Of a DNA stretch of 64,000 bases, positions 62,790-64,000 are shown piece by piece. Within the stretch, counting starts at the first letter, position 1; every line of letters begins with the position of its first letter. The notes under the pieces were generated by a model that ran no database searches, had not been told where the DNA came from, and saw only the letters and a program-made list of their open reading frames with translations. The position numbers and the translations under genes were made by a program. Source of the stretch: Methanobacteriota archaeon (GTDB lineage Archaea; Halobacteriota; Bog-38; Methanoflorentales; Methanoflorentaceae); the NCBI GenBank assembly GCA_963719035.1, contig CAVRAO010000008.1:256001-320000 (forward strand). Direction: 5' to 3'.

Positions 62790-64000
62790 TCAGTGCGTGG
62801 CTCCTTTCCCTTCGATTTGCGAACCTGGCGGATAGACTCCGGCAGCTAGTGCGCCAACGCCGACAATCGATCCGGGACCTATCGACGTTCCGACATTTAT
62901 CATGCTATTTATGCCTGTGTGTACGTCGTCGCCCATAATGACGCCAAGTTTTCGTCGTCCGGTGCGAACTCCGGCGACTGTAATAGGCTTTGCGTCAAAA
63001 CGGAGGTTAGCTACCAACGTCCCCGCACCGAAATTACATCGCTGCCCGATAACGCTATCGCCGACGTAGGATAGGTGCCCAATTCGGCTGTCGTCCATAA
63101 TTACGCAGTTTTTTACTTCAACAGCGTTGCCGATCTTGACTCCGTTTCCTATGCACGTACTAGGACGAATACAACAGTTTGGCCCTATTTCGCAGCGTTC
63201 TCCAATTCTTGCTGGGCCCATGATATAAGCACCATTTCTGACAATCGAGCCACGTCCGATTTTCACAGCGCCTTCTATCGTTGCAAAGGGCTCAACAATA
63301 CCTTCGTTTTTGCATTCAAGTGTTTGGAAAAGGAGCTCATTGGCATACAGCAGATCCCACGGTCTCCCTATGTCTATCCACTGTTCCCTGACGTCAAGAT
63401 ATCGCACTTTGTCACCTTGGTCAATCACCAACTGTATCGCGTCGGTAATCTCGTACTCATCTCGTGCCGACTTAGGGATCTGAGCAATAGCGTCGAATAT
63501 CATCGGGTTAAAAGCGTAGATACCTAGGTTTGCCAAATCGGAAACAGGTTTACCAGGTTTTTCCGTTATTTTTACAACTGCGTCACCAACTACGTCGATT
63601 ATGCCATAGTTAGTAGGGTCTTTCGCTCTTTTAGCCGCGATAACAACTGCAGAATCTTTTTGGGCTTCAGCTAGCGATTTCAACGTAAGGGGGCTTACCA
63701 GACTGTCGCCATTGAGGGCAAGAAAGCGCTCATCCACGAGGTCTCTAACCTGGCTAACTGCGTCCGCCGTCCCGCGCTGTTTTTCTTGCGTTACGAACTC
63801 AATTTGAGCCCCGTACTGCGCTTCATGGAAATGAGAGCGAATAACTTCCTCCTGATACCCAGTTACGATTATCACGTGCTTAATGCGTGCTTCGACGCAC
63901 GAGTTCACGATGTGTTCAATTATAGGGATCCCTACCACCGGTAGCATTACTTTCGGACGAGTGTACGTAAGCGGCCTCATCCGTGTCCCTTCACCCGCAC
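62790..64000 (-). CDS. glmU: Bifunctional GlmU-like nucleotidylyltransferase/acetyltransferase (5'-truncated by the window)
   Basis: AGEGTRMRP at the window edge, GTADA, HLSYVGDS, ANLRFD. Confidence 0.85.
   Translation of the reverse strand, partial: AGEGTRMRPLTYTRPKVMLPVVGIPIIEHIVNSCVEARIKHVIIVTGYQEEVIRSHFHEAQYGAQIEFVTQEKQRGTADAVSQVRDLVDERFLALNGDSLVSPLTLKSLAEAQKDSAVVIAAKRAKDPTNYGIIDVVGDAVVKITEKPGKPVSDLANLGIYAFNPMIFDAIAQIPKSARDEYEITDAIQLVIDQGDKVRYLDVREQWIDIGRPWDLLYANELLFQTLECKNEGIVEPFATIEGAVKIGRGSIVRNGAYIMGPARIGERCEIGPNCCIRPSTCIGNGVKIGNAVEVKNCVIMDDSRIGHLSYVGDSVIGQRCNFGAGTLVANLRFDAKPITVAGVRTGRRKLGVIMGDDVHTGINSMINVGTSIGPGSIVGVGALAAGVYPPGSQIEGKGATH

Overview
This is an archaeal chromosome segment, probably from a methanogen-related euryarchaeote (Halobacteriota-like). 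That assignment is inferred from the histone, aIF5B, the archaeal MVK/IPK/IDI-2/GGPPS genes, a PGF-CTERM protein, grpE-dnaK-dnaJ and an Aks-type 2-oxoacid elongation cluster. The core content is rps6e/aIF5B, six tRNAs (two with introns), SRP RNA, the rps13-rps4-rps11-rpoD-rpl18e-rpl13-rps9-rpoN-rpoK-eno-rps2-...-gltX superoperon, archease/RtcB, diphthamide genes and a chaperone operon. A ~17 kb glycosylation island occupies 46.8-64 kb. Highlights: (1) a complete aksA/D/E/F cluster, whose small subunit has the YLRT homoaconitase loop, is flanked by a stand-alone, ferredoxin-less IorA-like ThDP enzyme and an unknown Cys-rich protein, which are candidates for unassigned post-2-oxosuberate steps of coenzyme B or pimelate synthesis; (2) an overlapping BshC-like ligase plus PIG-L deacetylase pair; (3) several apparent pseudoenzymes (enolase, WecB, CapD-like); (4) a tRNA-Leu whose first base is the last base of the rpoD stop codon; (5) grpE apparently starting at ATT behind CIRCE-like half-sites. 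Three single-base frameshifts in core genes (rps2, dph6, dnaJ) suggest assembly errors, so single-nucleotide observations need read confirmation. No CRISPR array, rRNA or mobile element was seen. All family assignments come from motif recognition by eye, not database searches.
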